DNA of 64,000 nucleotides from Catajapyx aquilonaris (Eukaryota): the NCBI GenBank assembly GCA_000934665.2, contig KZ538265.1, forward strand, positions 1-64,000. Direction: 5' to 3'. A program made the position numbers and the translations under genes. Positions 25,901-39,600 of this stretch are shown here, one piece after another (the first letter of the stretch is position 1; every line of letters starts with the position of its first letter). The notes below the pieces were generated by a model. The model worked only from the letters and a program-made list of their open reading frames with translations. It searched no databases and had not been told where the DNA came from.

Positions 25901-28900
25901 GAGACTAAACCCAAGGACCTTGTATTATGCATGTCAATATTATTGAATGTCAATTTGCTTATTGGGGTAAGTTGCACCTGATAGTTATGATATCAATCCA
26001 GAGTGATTGTTCCATTCGATAAATTGAATAGATTACAGTCATGCAAACAGTTTTCACATTATAGCATCACGTCTGTGTAGTGGCATAATATAAGTTGATG
26101 TAAACATTCATTTTCGAATTAATAACAAATCCTCTTTGTAAACGTAAGTCGTAGCATATGCAGTATACAGTATACAGTGTAATTACGCAATTGCTATGAA
26201 CATTATGCCTTTATCCGGATGAGTCGATTAGGTGAAGCGATCCGACTGGGAATAGTGCGGATTTGATAGTTGGAATTTATATCATGCAAATACGTGGAAT
26301 ATTCCAGCTCCATATTGCAATTAATAAATGGTCTCTATACTATATTTTGTATAAAAAACACGACAAATTTTAAAAATTACTGAATCTTAAATTTTTATCT
26401 CATTATTATCTGCAAATCCAGTTCTGCATTAATAATGCCAATTTTATTGAACGAAATCGTGTATGTTTTTATTTTATTCTTGAGAGCATGAAAGGGGTTA
26501 CGGCATGTGCTTTCTTAAGGGAAAAGGTCCACCTCCTCGGTTTTAATTTCAAGCACTTTCCCCCCATCGCTTCTCGGGTGTCCTCCACGTGCTGCTATAG
26601 AATCTCCTTTGGGTTTTGGGTTGCATCTCTTGTAAGCGCCGTTTAACTGGATCTCTGCAGCTCACGCCTCGGATCGAATGTCCTCAGGGGGGTGCTTTGC
26701 TGCTGGTGGGTTCCGAGGGGCCAACAAGCTCCGTTACCGCCACATCCCGTGTCTTCTGCACTTAACAGTAATATACCTGCTCCCCTTCTCCCATCACCGC
26801 AAAATAGGCCTTTCCTCGAGGCCAGGGATATCGGAAGCTCGTTATGTATCGACAACCGACCAAGTGGAGACGATTAGCTATACCGATGCATATTATTAGG
26901 GTGGTGCACGCTATACAGCAGTCCTCTTATCAGGAGAACAGATCTTTTTCTGTCGGACTGAAATGAGGCTTCAAAGGAGGCCTGGGACTGTCACGATTAC
27001 CTTTAGGAGCCATGAGCAAACTTGTACCTCCCGTCGCCGCTCTCGTCGGATTGTTTGCTAACCTTTTCACGCACATTTCTGTAATTACAGGGGGGCTACA
27101 GCAGCAGTTCTAGTGTCTGCCGTGCATGCAAGGTAGGCTGGGTACAGTAACTCAGGTCAGAAATGTCAGGTTCTGCACATGTATTAATACATACACAGAA
27201 ATATACAGAAGTACACAAGCTGAATAAATATCCAGCATACGCTAAAAATAATTTTGTCATTGTACACAGTGTATGAAATATAATCATTGAAATATGAAAC
27301 ACGAGTCATTGACAGCAGAATTATTACTTTTCTTATCTGCAATACCAACTTTCACATGAAATTATTTGAGATTGTGTAATAATATTAATGTGCATAAAAT
27401 TATAGCCGTGAACTCTATACTGACAAGAATTTACGTGAAAAATGTCCAGATGTGCGTGGCCTCTCACATGTAACGCATGGTTGGTTTGGGCAAGTATATC
27501 AGTGATTTATTTCACTGGGATCCCGGTCAGCTGCATCATAATGCATATATCAACCGGGCAGGAACGACCGAATTTGGCTCTTTAAACATATACCATATAT
27601 AGTGTAAATCCTGGCATGCACGGAGCTCATTTGTAATCAAATTCAATGGCTGCAAACTCATTACAGGGCACGCGGGTTTTGGAAAAAATAAAAAAAATAA
27701 AAATTCGGGCAACTCCGCCTAGAAATATGCGGCGTCCATATTCAGGTAGGATCGTTTGCCTCCCGCCAATTATCTTCCCCTATCGAGTCTCAATTAATTA
27801 CTTCCATGATTCACAGCGGGGAAGCCTCGTTAATTACGGGGCTCGCCCATTTAAAGCGATATTATTTCCGGGTTAAATCAAGTCGAGGGGTTCTGCTGCC
27901 GGCAGGCTTTATTAGTTTGCAGAAGGGACGACTGCGCTGGGGATATTTATTCCTTCCATTTTACGGCCTTGTATGGAACTATAACAGCATATTTTCAACA
28001 CCCCTTTTGTGACTTTTTCGACACTGTGGGAGGCTGTGTTGACAGCCACCCACGTGCTTATTATTTTGTGAACTAATATAATTATGACTACTGATACATT
28101 ATGACTCTTTATACAGCACAAAATAAGAGAAAATATCTCGTTATGTATGCGCGTAATTAGCCATACATCATGTGAATAACTTGGATTAACTCCTTGTTTT
28201 GGATTTTCCATCAAGCATGCAACTGGGCCTAAGACAACCACTATTAAAACTGCCCTAAAACTTAACTGATGGGCCGCGGAGCCATTTGTTTTCTCCTTAC
28301 ATTAGTAAGCCTGATTCTCAGTGAAATAAAGTCAAATATTTAAATATAAATAAGATAGAAAACCTACAGGATGCGTGACATTGTGTACTTCAAAACGATG
28401 CGATGAATCAATAAAATGCACTGCAGGACAAACAGAGTCACACTTTGTCGGTAATATTGAACTGTAGGAAATGTGTAATATTATCATCCTTGATACGTGT
28501 ACTTTTTGTTGGTTGAATATGTTTTATTATAATATTACAGTCCCTTATGCAGAAATGTTTCAAAAAGATTAATCATTAATGTAGCCCTATACTGTTCCTG
28601 AAAAAATAAATTCCAGACATTTCCCCTCTGAAATCATTCAAATGTCACTGGCTACAATGTAGGTCTTACAATCCACACACTGAACTAATATGGTAATACC
28701 GCAATGCCAACTGAATGGTCGAGCAACTAAAAATAATTGGAACTGCATGTGACATAACCATTTTCCAGTAGTATGCACTTTTCTCAAAAAATTTTGAAAT
28801 GAAGTATTTGTGATAGCGAATGGAAAAATGATTTCTGAGAATATAGCAACCTGGGATGGTTTTGCCGAAGTAGGTCCTGAGTTCAACTGCGAGGTTTTGC

Positions 28901-28926
28901 GAGAGAGAGAAGGGCTGGGGGGGGGG

Positions 28927-29008
28927 NNNNNNNNNNNNNNNNNNNNNNNNNNNNNNNNNNNNNNNNNNNNNNNNNNNNNNNNNNNNNNNNNNNNNNNNNN
29001 NNNNNNNN
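28927..29008. other. Assembly gap between a G-run and a (GA)n tract
   Basis: Run of N. Smaller gaps occur at 2173 and 4854-4862, also next to G/C runs. Confidence 0.99.

Positions 29009-29066
<58 letters not shown>
29009..29066. repeat. (GA)n microsatellite just upstream of the Fezf 5'UTR exon (GAGA-element-like)
   Basis: 29 GA units visible after the gap. Confidence 0.9.
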
Positions 29067-29069
<3 letters not shown>

Positions 29070-29474
29070 CCATTTTCTACCCGGAGGGAGTTTCTGAGCT
29101 GGGCTCGAAAGATCTAGGCTTGGTAGATAATAACTTTTTCTTCCCGGTTGGAGAAGTGCTTAGAGCCCGAGAGACTTTTTTTTTTTTTGTCCCTCCTTTT
29201 TGGATGGTGGAAACTTAATTTGAATCAGAGAATTGAAATTTGATTTCTCGTTATCGATACAATCTTTGGTGAACATGTCGCTTTCAAAACTGAATATAAA
29301 TTGAAAAGCAAGTTAAAGACTTTAGAAAGGTGATTTCAGAATTTCTCAAGAATTTATTTCCATTACACAGCATCAGCATTATAAAGTGTTCTGCAGTAAT
29401 ACTACATTCAGCTTCAGCTGAATTTTTTGAACTAAACTTGTGCATATAGGCCTGTGTGATTCATAAATCCTTAG

Positions 29475-29742
29475 GTAAGTTAGATAAATAATCTTATAAC
29501 GATGCATTTTGCAGTTTGTACCGGACGTAATATAAATTGCCAGCACCAAAACTCGCTATAGGAATATTATTATCGTATATATCTAAATATATATACTATT
29601 CACAAAATATTACGAACTTGTAAATTTTGTACCAAATAATATTCTAACATTGAAACGTAAAGCTTACATGGATTTGAACCATAACACATTGCATGTTTGT
29701 AAAATTCAAAAAGTCATTCTCATATATTGTGTTTACATGCAG
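29475..29742 (+). other. Probable 5'UTR intron of the Fezf gene
   Basis: Consensus donor TAG|GTAAGT at 29475, very AT-rich interior, and acceptor TGCAG| ending at 29742, 14 nt before the first in-frame ATG (29757). Confidence 0.7.
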
Positions 29743-29756
29743 GGTCATCAGTTCCA

Positions 29757-31775
29757 ATGCAACCGTTTCCACCGATTGCGATGGCAACGCTCATGTCTTC
29801 ACCTTCGGGGCAATCGCCCCCTCCTCCGCCCTCGCCACCTGCTGGCAGAACGGAAGACACCAAAGGCATCTCGACAACCCCCTCCAGCGGAGACTCCGAC
29901 TCCGACCAAAAGAACGAAACTAGTCTGGCAGAAGACAGCAATGGCAATCTACCTCCTCGCTTGTCTGCTGCCAAGCCCCTCACCTTCTCCATTGCCAAGA
30001 TTATGGAACCTTCGCCAAAGAAACCCAAGAAGACCGCCGAAGAACTGGAGATAGACGCTAGGAAGAAGCTTCTCCACCACCAACCGGTTCCTCATCCCGA
30101 AGACATGAGGTCACTAGAGCCTACCCTCCTTTCATTCCCACCTCTGGCCCGAGCTTCCTTCCCCTTGGCCCTCTCTGAACTTAGCAGGATGCTGCAACCA
30201 GAAGCCACCAGTGTTCTGCCATCTGCTTTCCGCAAGTACGTTCCTGGTGGAAACGGCAGCAACCATTCCCCTGCGCCCTTCGGCAGCAGCGGTGGCAGCC
30301 CTTCATTTAGGCCTAGTCCCATGGACCAATATCCTTTTCTTTACTGCCCCTCCGGACCAACGGCTGCCAATACGGGCCCCTCCCATCCACTCCCAGTGTC
30401 GGTCATGAATCAATTTCCTGCATCCGCCAGTTTGGGCCTGGATGAAGGACCGGCCAGCCTGTACGTTCTGCACCAAAGACTGGAACTCTTGCGGTTTCCC
30501 ACGTCCACAGCCGGGTGCGTACCGCAACCCAGGGCTAAGCTACCACCATCAGCACCGGCGCCGACTCCGCAGCCGCAGCCTCCGCAACCATCGCCGCAGA
30601 CACAACCTTTCAGGCAGGGAAGTGGTGGTGCGGCAGCCGCGGCAGCTGCAGCCGCTGCAGCCGCCTCATTTTCCGCTTTCGAAAGAGCAGCCAGAGCGGT
30701 CATCCAACAGCAGCAGCAGCAACAACAAACAGCAACGAAGGAAACGCGGGTGGTGGAAAGAAGTCCATCGCGATGCAGTACTGCTGCTGCTGCTGCTGGA
30801 AAGAAGGCGGAATCGGACAGAGAAGAACCGGCAAGGTCACAACCAACGGTGCACCAGGAGCGGAGGTCGTCCTCTTCATCCTCAACCAGCTCTTCCAGCT
30901 CCGTGGCTCTGAGTACAAAGTCTCCACGAGGAAGCAGCGGGGGAACAACCACATCGGGGGCGTCTGCCCAGAATGTGAAACCAAAGACATTCACATGCCC
31001 TGAATGCGGGAAAGTCTTCAACGCTCATTACAATCTGACCCGGCACATGCCAGTCCACACCGGGGCCAGGCCGTTTGTCTGCAAAATTTGTGGGAAAGGA
31101 TTCAGACAGGCGTCCACTCTGTGTCGGCATAAGATCATCCACACGGCAGAAAAGCCGCACAAGTGCCAGACGTGCGGTAAGGCTTTCAACCGCAGCTCCA
31201 CACTCAACACCCACATTCGAATCCACGCTGGATATAAGCCATTTGTCTGCGAGTTTTGCGGAAAAGGTTTCCATCAAAAAGGCAATTACAAGAACCACAA
31301 ACTGACTCACAGTGGAGAAAAGGCGTACAAGTGTGCCGTGTGCAACAAGGCTTTTCACCAGGTGTACAACCTCACTTTCCACATGCACACGCACAACGAC
31401 AAGAAGCCATTCACTTGCAAAATATGCGGGAAGGGATTCTGTCGTAACTTTGACCTCAAGAAACACATGAGGAAGCTGCACGACGCTGGATCTGTTGCGG
31501 CTCTGTCGCCAGTGTCACGGGGGGATAGTGCTGGTGTCGGGGCCTCGACGTTAGTGACGACCCCTACAACTCTGGCCGGTCTGGCAGCTTTTGGACACAA
31601 TGGAGGTGGAGGGCCCCTCTGCCATTCCCTTAGAACTAGCCCTCCTTCAAGCAACCCACTTGCCCAAGGGCCACCCCCGCCTTTCTTGAATCCTTTCTTG
31701 CTCCATCATCCGTCTGCTTCCCCTCTGCATTCCCCAGGGGCAGGATTCATGGGAAAGATCCCTACTCTTTTATGA
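29757..31775 (+). CDS. erm: Fez family zinc-finger transcription factor (Fezf / earmuff ortholog), ~672 aa, uninterrupted CDS
   Basis: N-terminal eh1 Groucho-binding motif (LTFSIAKIM) and six C2H2 fingers with the diagnostic Fezf sequence ([51 protein letters not shown]...[16 protein letters not shown]). Poly-Ala, poly-Gln and poly-Ser tracts lie in the linker. Start is ATG 29757 or 29781 (better Kozak, GCGATGG); stop TGA 31773-31775. Confidence 0.96.
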   Translation: MQPFPPIAMATLMSSPSGQSPPPPPSPPAGRTEDTKGISTTPSSGDSDSDQKNETSLAEDSNGNLPPRLSAAKPLTFSIAKIMEPSPKKPKKTAEELEIDARKKLLHHQPVPHPEDMRSLEPTLLSFPPLARASFPLALSELSRMLQPEATSVLPSAFRKYVPGGNGSNHSPAPFGSSGGSPSFRPSPMDQYPFLYCPSGPTAANTGPSHPLPVSVMNQFPASASLGLDEGPASLYVLHQRLELLRFPTSTAGCVPQPRAKLPPSAPAPTPQPQPPQPSPQTQPFRQGSGGAAAAAAAAAAAASFSAFERAARAVIQQQQQQQQTATKETRVVERSPSRCSTAAAAAGKKAESDREEPARSQPTVHQERRSSSSSSTSSSSSVALSTKSPRGSSGGTTTSGASAQNVKPKTFTCPECGKVFNAHYNLTRHMPVHTGARPFVCKICGKGFRQASTLCRHKIIHTAEKPHKCQTCGKAFNRSSTLNTHIRIHAGYKPFVCEFCGKGFHQKGNYKNHKLTHSGEKAYKCAVCNKAFHQVYNLTFHMHTHNDKKPFTCKICGKGFCRNFDLKKHMRKLHDAGSVAALSPVSRGDSAGVGASTLVTTPTTLAGLAAFGHNGGGGPLCHSLRTSPPSSNPLAQGPPPPFLNPFLLHHPSASPLHSPGAGFMGKIPTLL

Positions 31776-33000
31776 TGTCCCGTCTTACCCTTCGACCTCA
31801 CACCGAGGTTGCAGGTATTTCATTCGCAAATTGAATTTTCACCGCATTCAAAAAATTAGCCAGGATGTGTATGTGGATACTACTGTATATTTAGTAAATA
31901 GCTGCATGGTGTAGGAGAATTGTTAATGGGGCAATAGACTATCATTCAGTATTTGATGACAACATGTACAATGTACATAAATGAAGTTTGACATCATCGC
32001 CAACAAATCATTAAACAGAATCAGCGTCAGATGGGTGTATTGTACATATAGCAATGTACTTCATTAGCAGGGAAATGGTTAATTATTAAATTTTCAAAAT
32101 TAATTTGGCATGTACTAATTATTGCACGTTTCTTTCAATTGACATTGATTTCATACTTGATGGAACTGTTCAATGTTCACTATTTATGATGCCTGGCAGG
32201 GGAGTGGCAGAGTTCAGATGCATATGACATTAATAAGGTCATTGAATTGCTCTTTTGTTTCTCGTTGCCAGCACGAACACACATCATGAAGATAGAGACA
32301 TAAGTTATATCCCCGTGACGTGTACATGAGATGTACACAAGTTTCAGTTACATTTGGTGATAGTCTCCGATCGCTGAAGCAATGCGTCTGTAAATTCATT
32401 TATTTCAATAATGCCGCCTTGGGTGAAAACAATGGAACATATATGGAGAATCATGAACACAACCAAGTATACCGGGGTATAGCCATTCATTAATTTACAT
32501 CGATTACATATCCATATTTCTCATCTCCATTTTTATACTAGTAAATTCCCTTGACACCTTTTTATTCTCTTTGGGCATGTGCGACGTTGTTTAAAATCAC
32601 AATATTAATTAACAAACAGTATATTGTACATAATAATATTATTTAAAGTGCGGAAGGTACTGATCGCAGCAACCCATCCAAATACGTACATATATAATCG
32701 CCATGCCTATATAGAGTTATTGTGCATCCCTGTAATAGTTTTTGTGCAAATGTCCTCATGTTGTCAATGTATAATATTATGATGTGTAGAGTTAATGTTT
32801 ATTTCAGGCAAAATAAAATCCGTTGACTCTCAGTGTAAATTAATATCATGTGAAAAACTCCTAATAAATGTAACTATCTGCTTGTAATTTTCTCATCATG
32901 TTATTGTAAACATTGTAAACATTCTGTAAGTTTATGAACATTGCCGTCGTTCTATACAGTATATTATATATGGACTTGTATTCAAATAATAAATTATTAC
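31776..33000 (+). promoter_or_regulatory. Probable Fezf 3'UTR with Pumilio elements and poly(A) signals
   Basis: AU-rich; TGTACATA at 31972, 32041 and 32625; AATAAA near 32812, 32863 and 32988. The 3' end is approximate. Confidence 0.55.
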
Positions 33001-34540
33001 ATCGCCTTGAAATTTGATTGCAATGAATGAAACATGTGTCACCATTGTCGATTCATGTCAAGCAAGGATATTGTTTTATAATATTTTTCAATCCAGACTG
33101 ATCCCCTGGAAAGCGCATCAAGCTTTAATTTTTCCTGCTTATGTTGTAGCAGTTACATTGGCTTGACCGTCTCAATATTTTTGCAGTTTTTGGTCATTGA
33201 AAATTAATGGTTGTAAAGGACAATATGGTTGGACCTGCGTGAAAAAAGGCACCTCTATACTGCAGCAGGGAAAAGGGGGATTTATCGGGGAAGCCGCTCT
33301 GATGGGCAATGCTGCGAACTGGACCAGATGTCTCCTTGGATACAGAATCAAATCTACTCCAGCAGAAAGTATAGGCATCATCTCTTCACAAAAGGAGGTG
33401 ATGCCACGCACCATAGTTCAGCAGTCCACGGCGGAGGGCAGATAATAAAGAAAGGGAAGGATAATCGCATTGCAGCAGCGGTGGTCAAGCGATCGTTAAC
33501 ATCCAGTCAACCCTGAAAAATATTTCTTAATCTCCAATTTATAATATACACTGTATATCATAGAGTGCACTTTATTTGTCCATTTTGACGATATAATTCG
33601 AGGTGTTGGTCAGAATTTTTTGGTAGGCTTTAAAGAATTCTTGATGCCAACTAAAATAGCAGCTGTCCAGCTTGAGTTTTGGGCCAGATGGAAGGTTTGG
33701 GGGGGCTGAGAGTCGGGTCGGGGGCAGAACCTACGCAGGCGTCCGATGAGCACCAATCGGAGGGGGGTCCCCATCCCGCCCCTCGATGCATCCATTCAGG
33801 TCCAAGCCCGGGGGACTCTGCTGCTGCATCCATTTTCCTCTGCAGGCTTGCTGGACCAGCAAGGGGGGCCTCCTCTGGATGCAACACATTGATGAAAAAC
33901 ATCATGGGTGTATGCAAGCAGGTAGAACATGGGCTACCGCAGATATTTGTCATGGGGGAAAGGGGAAAAACTGAAACTTGGGGTGGTGATGTAATGCACA
34001 CAGTATTGTAGGAGGTCAAGTGTACGTGTTAAGTCAAATGGAGAATTCGATTAAAAATAAACCTGCTGGTCTCGCTATAGCCTATACATCACAATACGCA
34101 ATATTTTGAATATTTCCGATTTTTTTCTTCTTCCAGGAAACAGGATCCTTATTATCTATATACTGCACATCCTTCGCACGCACTTTATAACTGGACTCTG
34201 CACTTGACATTTTATTGGAGGAAGTGATCACATGCAGTTCTGTATACAGTATAATGCGAAATGAAGGCGAAAATGGAAGGAACAATCTTCAGATGGCACA
34301 AGACGTGCCTCGAGGTAAGTTGTCGTACGAGCTGTTGCACCATAGCAATAATAATCATTCTCGATAAATGTTTGTTTGTGAGCTCCGTATATTGTTACCG
34401 CGACGCTTCCCATTGGCCCCCGTTCTGCACATGCGCAATGGGTGAATGAACTCCTCAGTCGTTTGCTAGAGGTCGGCGAGTACACATCCCCTTTCCCGTA
34501 ACACCTCGACTCTTCCACCCTCATCTACCATCCCCACCAA

Positions 34541-34597
<57 letters not shown>
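34541..34597. repeat. (AAT)n microsatellite
   Basis: About 19 AAT units read directly. Confidence 0.95.
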
Positions 34598-34600
<3 letters not shown>

Positions 34601-35925
34601 CTTCTCCATGTTACAAAAAACTGATGATGCAGAAAGGGATGAGCTTAAAATAACATGAGCCGCATTAAAGTTGCGCAATATATTTTTTTTGTGAAGGCTG
34701 TACCAATGCTGTGCATTACAGTATACCCTTCCTGTGTTAAAAGCGCGGGCCATTGTGATCTATTGGGAACTATAGCCCCAAGTTTCAACTCTATTGTAAA
34801 ATGTCTATCAGGCCTTTTGTGAAGTGCGCTTGGGAGATTACACGGGCGGGCGTGAATGGCCGCCCTGCCACAAATGATACAGAACAATATAAGTTGTCAA
34901 GTGTGCTGAATGACTACACTAATAGGCTTAGTGACAATAGGACTTGGACCCCATATACAGTATAGTTCGGGGATTTTGGATTCGGCGACGGCAAAGAACA
35001 GCAGTATAGTTTTATATCATATTGAGGGAAATGACACGGGCTCACTTTTCGAATCGACATCCAGCAGCTGATGCTTGCAGAAAGTCGCATGGAAATATTT
35101 TGAACCAAAATTAATACGGTCTTCTTATCGATTTTTTGATGCTGTTTTTAGTAGCAATCGAGCAGTCCTTCGGTTATTTTGACTGAATCATAATAGCACC
35201 AGAAAATAACAATACAAGCAGTTATTGCTTATTTCAAATATTGCAAATGGCAATTTTAATATTTTTTTCAAAGTCTGCGCTGAAGATACGGATTAGGGAT
35301 AAAGTATCAGCTCATCACTATACTAGGTTCTTGCACATGTGGTGGGGATAGGCCTATGATTTGGAGTGAAAAGTGCGGTTGATGGGATGGGATAGGGTAG
35401 TATAGGGGGAGTCCTAATGAGTGGTCTGTTGGTGACAGGCGCCTCTCTTTCGCCCATTTGCTCCTGGCGCCAAGAGGGAGCTTTGATTCCGACCTCAATG
35501 CCGAGGTGATAATCCGCAGACTGGTGGTAGGTCTTTGGGTTGGGCTCTCTCCCGATGCTGGTTGGTTGCATGGCTGCCTGCTGGGTTTGGCTTACTTGCT
35601 GCTGGTGAACGAGGGAGGGGGTGGGAAAAGGCCTGGCTGGATGCTGCCTGATGCCTAAGAGATGGACCGGAATATGCTGACCTCACTCAAGGCTTGAAAA
35701 TGTTGGGATTGCCAATAAGGACGGTTTCAGCTTCAGAACAGGCATGGTTCTTTCAGAAAAATTAGACTTTACTTGTGTTTTTAAAACACAAAGCAGTGCA
35801 TTACCCACACTGTATAGAATCAATTTTTGCAGCCTGATGGGGCAAATTATTACACGTAATCAGGAGTCTCTAATCAGATGTACACTTCAAAGCGGAGGGG
35901 TTGCCCTTCCCACTGCATGTTTATT

Positions 35926-36271
35926 TTTTTATTTTTTATTTTTTTAAATTTACCCCGTGATTGACCTGTTAGGTCTTTAGGGGGTGGTGGATTACCACCA
36001 TTGGTATTTTCGGAGCGTGTTAAGATGGAATCTTATTAGTGTACTCCAGGGTTGGTAGGAGGGGATGTGCAAAGTGCATGTGCGCTGTCGTTAATTGGTC
36101 ATTTTGTGAACTCCCCCGGGTGGCTTAGTCTATCGGAAATTGCCACCCGAAACGAAGCCAGAGATGGCCCAACTCTGCACGAAAGAAGGTGGGAATCCCG
36201 GGTGGGGATTGAACCCGGGACCTTAACTTCCGTGGGCGCGCGCGTTACCGCGGCGCCACTCCGTCTCCCTT
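35926..36271 (-). mobile_element. tRNA-derived SINE (family B), minus strand
   Basis: Minus-strand head with A-box-like TGGCGCCGCGGT (36258-36247) and B-box GGTTCAATCC (36215-36206). The A-rich tail appears as T-runs at 35926-35945. 15-bp TSD CACTGCATGTTTATT at 35911-35925 and 36272-36286. Confidence 0.8.
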
Positions 36272-36446
36272 CACTGCATGTTTATTATTTAGAAGGGGTT
36301 GTACTTGTACAGCCTTCATTATAATGTTACAGGGTAATTTGGCACTGACCAGCACGCGAATGCATGTAATCCATATAGCAAACATAATGATCCACAACAT
36401 AAATTGCAGCGTAACTTGAAGAGAAGAATGTCATGACAATGAATTA

Positions 36447-36643
36447 GGGCTTATTGCAACAATGGACTAACCCACAATGTATATAAGTGTAAGGGTCTGC
36501 AAGTGGATAATATTATAGGCTACTTCAATCAATGTGTGCAATCAAAGTACGTATTTTCCTCGTATTTTCCTATCACTTTAACGTGTTAGTTCATTTTCTC
36601 GGTCCTTACAAAATTTGGGTTAGCCCATTGTTGCAATAAGCTC
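36447..36643. mobile_element. MITE, PIF/Harbinger (Tourist)-like
   Basis: 28-bp TIRs GGGCTTATTGCAACAATGGACTAACCCA / TGGGTTAGCCCATTGTTGCAATAAGCTC (26 of 28 match), preceded by TTA and followed by TTC (degenerate TWA-type TSD). Superfamily is inferred from the GGGC terminus and the TTA. Confidence 0.7.
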
Positions 36644-39600
36644 TTCAAATATTGGCAGACAACAACTTGTATTCACCAACTACATCATTCCGCAGGACAT
36701 TCACAATTTCCCCCACCATATAACACATTGAAACCATATGATAACCAGCACGAGGACATTGCCTTCCATCGCTTGTAAAGGCATTGTGTTACTTTACAAT
36801 TAACTTCTCAAACACATCATAGCAGCCTCCTGCTGAGGGACGGTGATGAACAGATGAACACTAACGCAGTGTCCGAATATGACTGTTTGGCATAAAGAAG
36901 ATGCGTCCCCAGGCAGCAGTGGGCAACTGGGCGTTCCCATAATTCAGCAGCCAAAATGAAATGCCATCAGAGCAGTGAGGCGTGCAGTCCGTTTTCTGTT
37001 GATTGAAGAGCTCTGAAGGTTAGAAATCTCTTTCTCCACTCCTTCCCCCTCCCCTTGCATGCCATTCCCCCCATGGAGCCAGCAGGAATCATGCAGCCTC
37101 TTCCCATCCCTGCAAACAAAATCCATCGGGGCGTGACAAACGCGCTAGGTGAGAATCACCTGAGGCATATAGAGCATCGGAGAACAGTTCTCCCATGAAA
37201 ACGCATTGGGCTTTTCTCTTATCAACTCTCGTCTCCCCGGGTTTTTGGGAGCAACCGAGGTCTCGAAACGTCATCTCCACGACTACCGGTGTGTGTGAGC
37301 ATTCTATTCACAGAAGCAGTGCCCTGCCCCGGATTTTGGCAGGGGGAGGATAAGCTCCCCTTCTCCCTGCTGTATACCCACCTACAACCTCCTGACTAAT
37401 GTAGTATGTGCTATGGGAAGGCAATGGGGGAGGGGGGGGGGGGTCGAATTTTCCGCCTGGACACCTCTCTTCCTCACACCGCGCGTGTCTGCTATGCTCC
37501 AATGCATGCAAATGCTCGACCTCACCTGAGAGCCTCTGCATCTGGCTTCATTTCTCTCGCCCCCTTCGCCATATATAACCCACCCCTTCTCTTCTTATGC
37601 ACCACATCATGTGACACTTTTCAAACTAAGGCTTCCATTGTGAGATTTGGACCCGGAGCGAGAGAGAGAGACCTATCCGGGCGTCATGATCCGGCATACA
37701 TATATGCCGGCTTCAAAGGCTCTTGTCGTCGGCTTTTGTGCCTGCCTCGCTCGGAACTAGTTGTGGATGGTCCTATGCAGGCAGACAACTAATTGGCGCG
37801 ATGCCTCAGCGAATCGTCATTTTCATGCACTACAGTCGGAGGCGCATGGAAATATCAGGATGAAATTAGGTGTACGTCATTGGAGCAGAATGACCACAAA
37901 ATCGTCCTTCCATCAAAATGTTCCCAAAAACAGTAATAATTAAGCCACTTTCATTTTAAAAAGTTGTTAATGGCATTAATGTGACTGGAGCCTGACCCGG
38001 ACCACACTCGACTCCCACCGGACTTCTTATACGTTTCCACACACGCCACTGGCAAATATGTCACAGCTCTTTCATCTAGCAAATGACTAATGGCATTTTT
38101 TCCCCCACCTCACTTCATCATATACCTGTACTGAGTGGTGCAGCCGCAGCTTGGACCATTTGAACCGCGATAGTAATTAGTCACGTTGCACATCACGTAC
38201 CCACATGTAAGCCCCCCCCCCCCCCCTATATATTCCCCCATTTCCCGCCCGCCCCTTGCATGAACTCGGTGGGGTGGAAGAGGCAACTCCGTATCAACAG
38301 GGAATGGAGCCCAAAGCGAGGCTAATAGGCCGGAACACGCCAGCAAGCCAAATAATCCCTTAATTGGGCTTGGGCGTTGTTAATTCCGACTGCTTTTGTG
38401 GGCCGCTTGGGACGGAACCTCTTCAGGTCCATGTGATATATACGATGGAAGAGAGAGAGGGGGGGGGAGGGGGATTTGGAAAAAGGGTGAGGGGGTGTTG
38501 ATCATTGTTGATCGTGGAGTATTCTAGGAGGGTGTCGCAAAGGGGGGGGGGGGAGAAAGGAGAAGGGGACGAGAGAAAAAAAAAGCTTGGACTCGAAGAG
38601 GGCAAATCCTGCTCGCCGGCACTCGCGCCTAATTACAGGACCAGCCTTTGACCAATCGATACTCGGCCTTCAGTCATCGTTTATCCGTGTCAGTGTCAGG
38701 CACATCGGGGATTAAGGTTTTTCAATTGGTCTGGGGGTAAGTGGTTAACCTTACAATAGGAAGAGGGACCGTCCGGTTTGTCCTTATAGTGTTGAAATTA
38801 ATGTTCAGTCCAAACAGACTTGTTTGAAAAGGTAAGCAAATACCGGTATCGGTCGGATGTTTGTCCAACCTGATAGTATCGCTCTCTTGCATGGCAGGAG
38901 TGTGCAGAGCAGTATGCTCCATCTATGCACGAAGAATAGTACTAACTTATGTAGTAAATCGGCGGATCATCTCATTAAAGTTGAATGTCACTATCATACT
39001 GATTATAGATTTTGCCCAATTTTGGCAACGGTGTCACAAGTTGCTTATATTTCGCTCTCATTTACGTTTTAAAAACGTTTTTAAAACGCGCTCCCTCGAG
39101 GAAAGTAGGAGGCTGGGAATAAAAGAACGTAACCTTCGATCGCAGCAACCGGGTGCGGCTGTGAGTGTGAAAAGGAAGGTATCCCGCGGGAAATGAGGCC
39201 AGGAGAAAGCTCAGTCAGCGGCAGCATACGATGGATGTCAGTCCCAGGAAGCAGCAAAGAGCGAGCGATTTATTTCCGCGGAGTCGTCGTCTTCTTGGTT
39301 AGGGGACATGTCCTCCTCTCTCTTCCTCTTGGCATCAGCACATCCATCCCATTGGACTGGAGCGGCGTGATTAGAAGCGGACCACTTGGGCTAATGAATG
39401 CCAGGCAGACGGCCCATTGAGCCAAGGTGCTTGTTAGGCCTCTGTGCTGACAGACCCCGTCTCACCATGACGTAGAGAGCAGTCACGGGAATAAGCCTGG
39501 AAAGCTGTCAACACCAGAAGATCCTCCTCCTTTATGCGCATATCCACTGTGATGGGACGCGGTGTTATTCAGTTGGTGATGCACATGTGTCGCAACACAT

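Noticed and set aside
25240..25981. ORFs of 118 and 158 aa on opposite strands
   Set aside because: No family similarity I can recognise and non-ATG starts; cannot be supported as genes.
30410..31654. Long antisense ORFs (199-203 aa) overlapping Fezf
   Set aside because: Typical shadow frames of zinc-finger and low-complexity codons; no independent protein features.
36190..36268. tRNA-like sequence on the minus strand
   Set aside because: It is the head of a TSD-flanked SINE with an A-rich tail, not a stand-alone tRNA gene. The same applies to 3520-3590.
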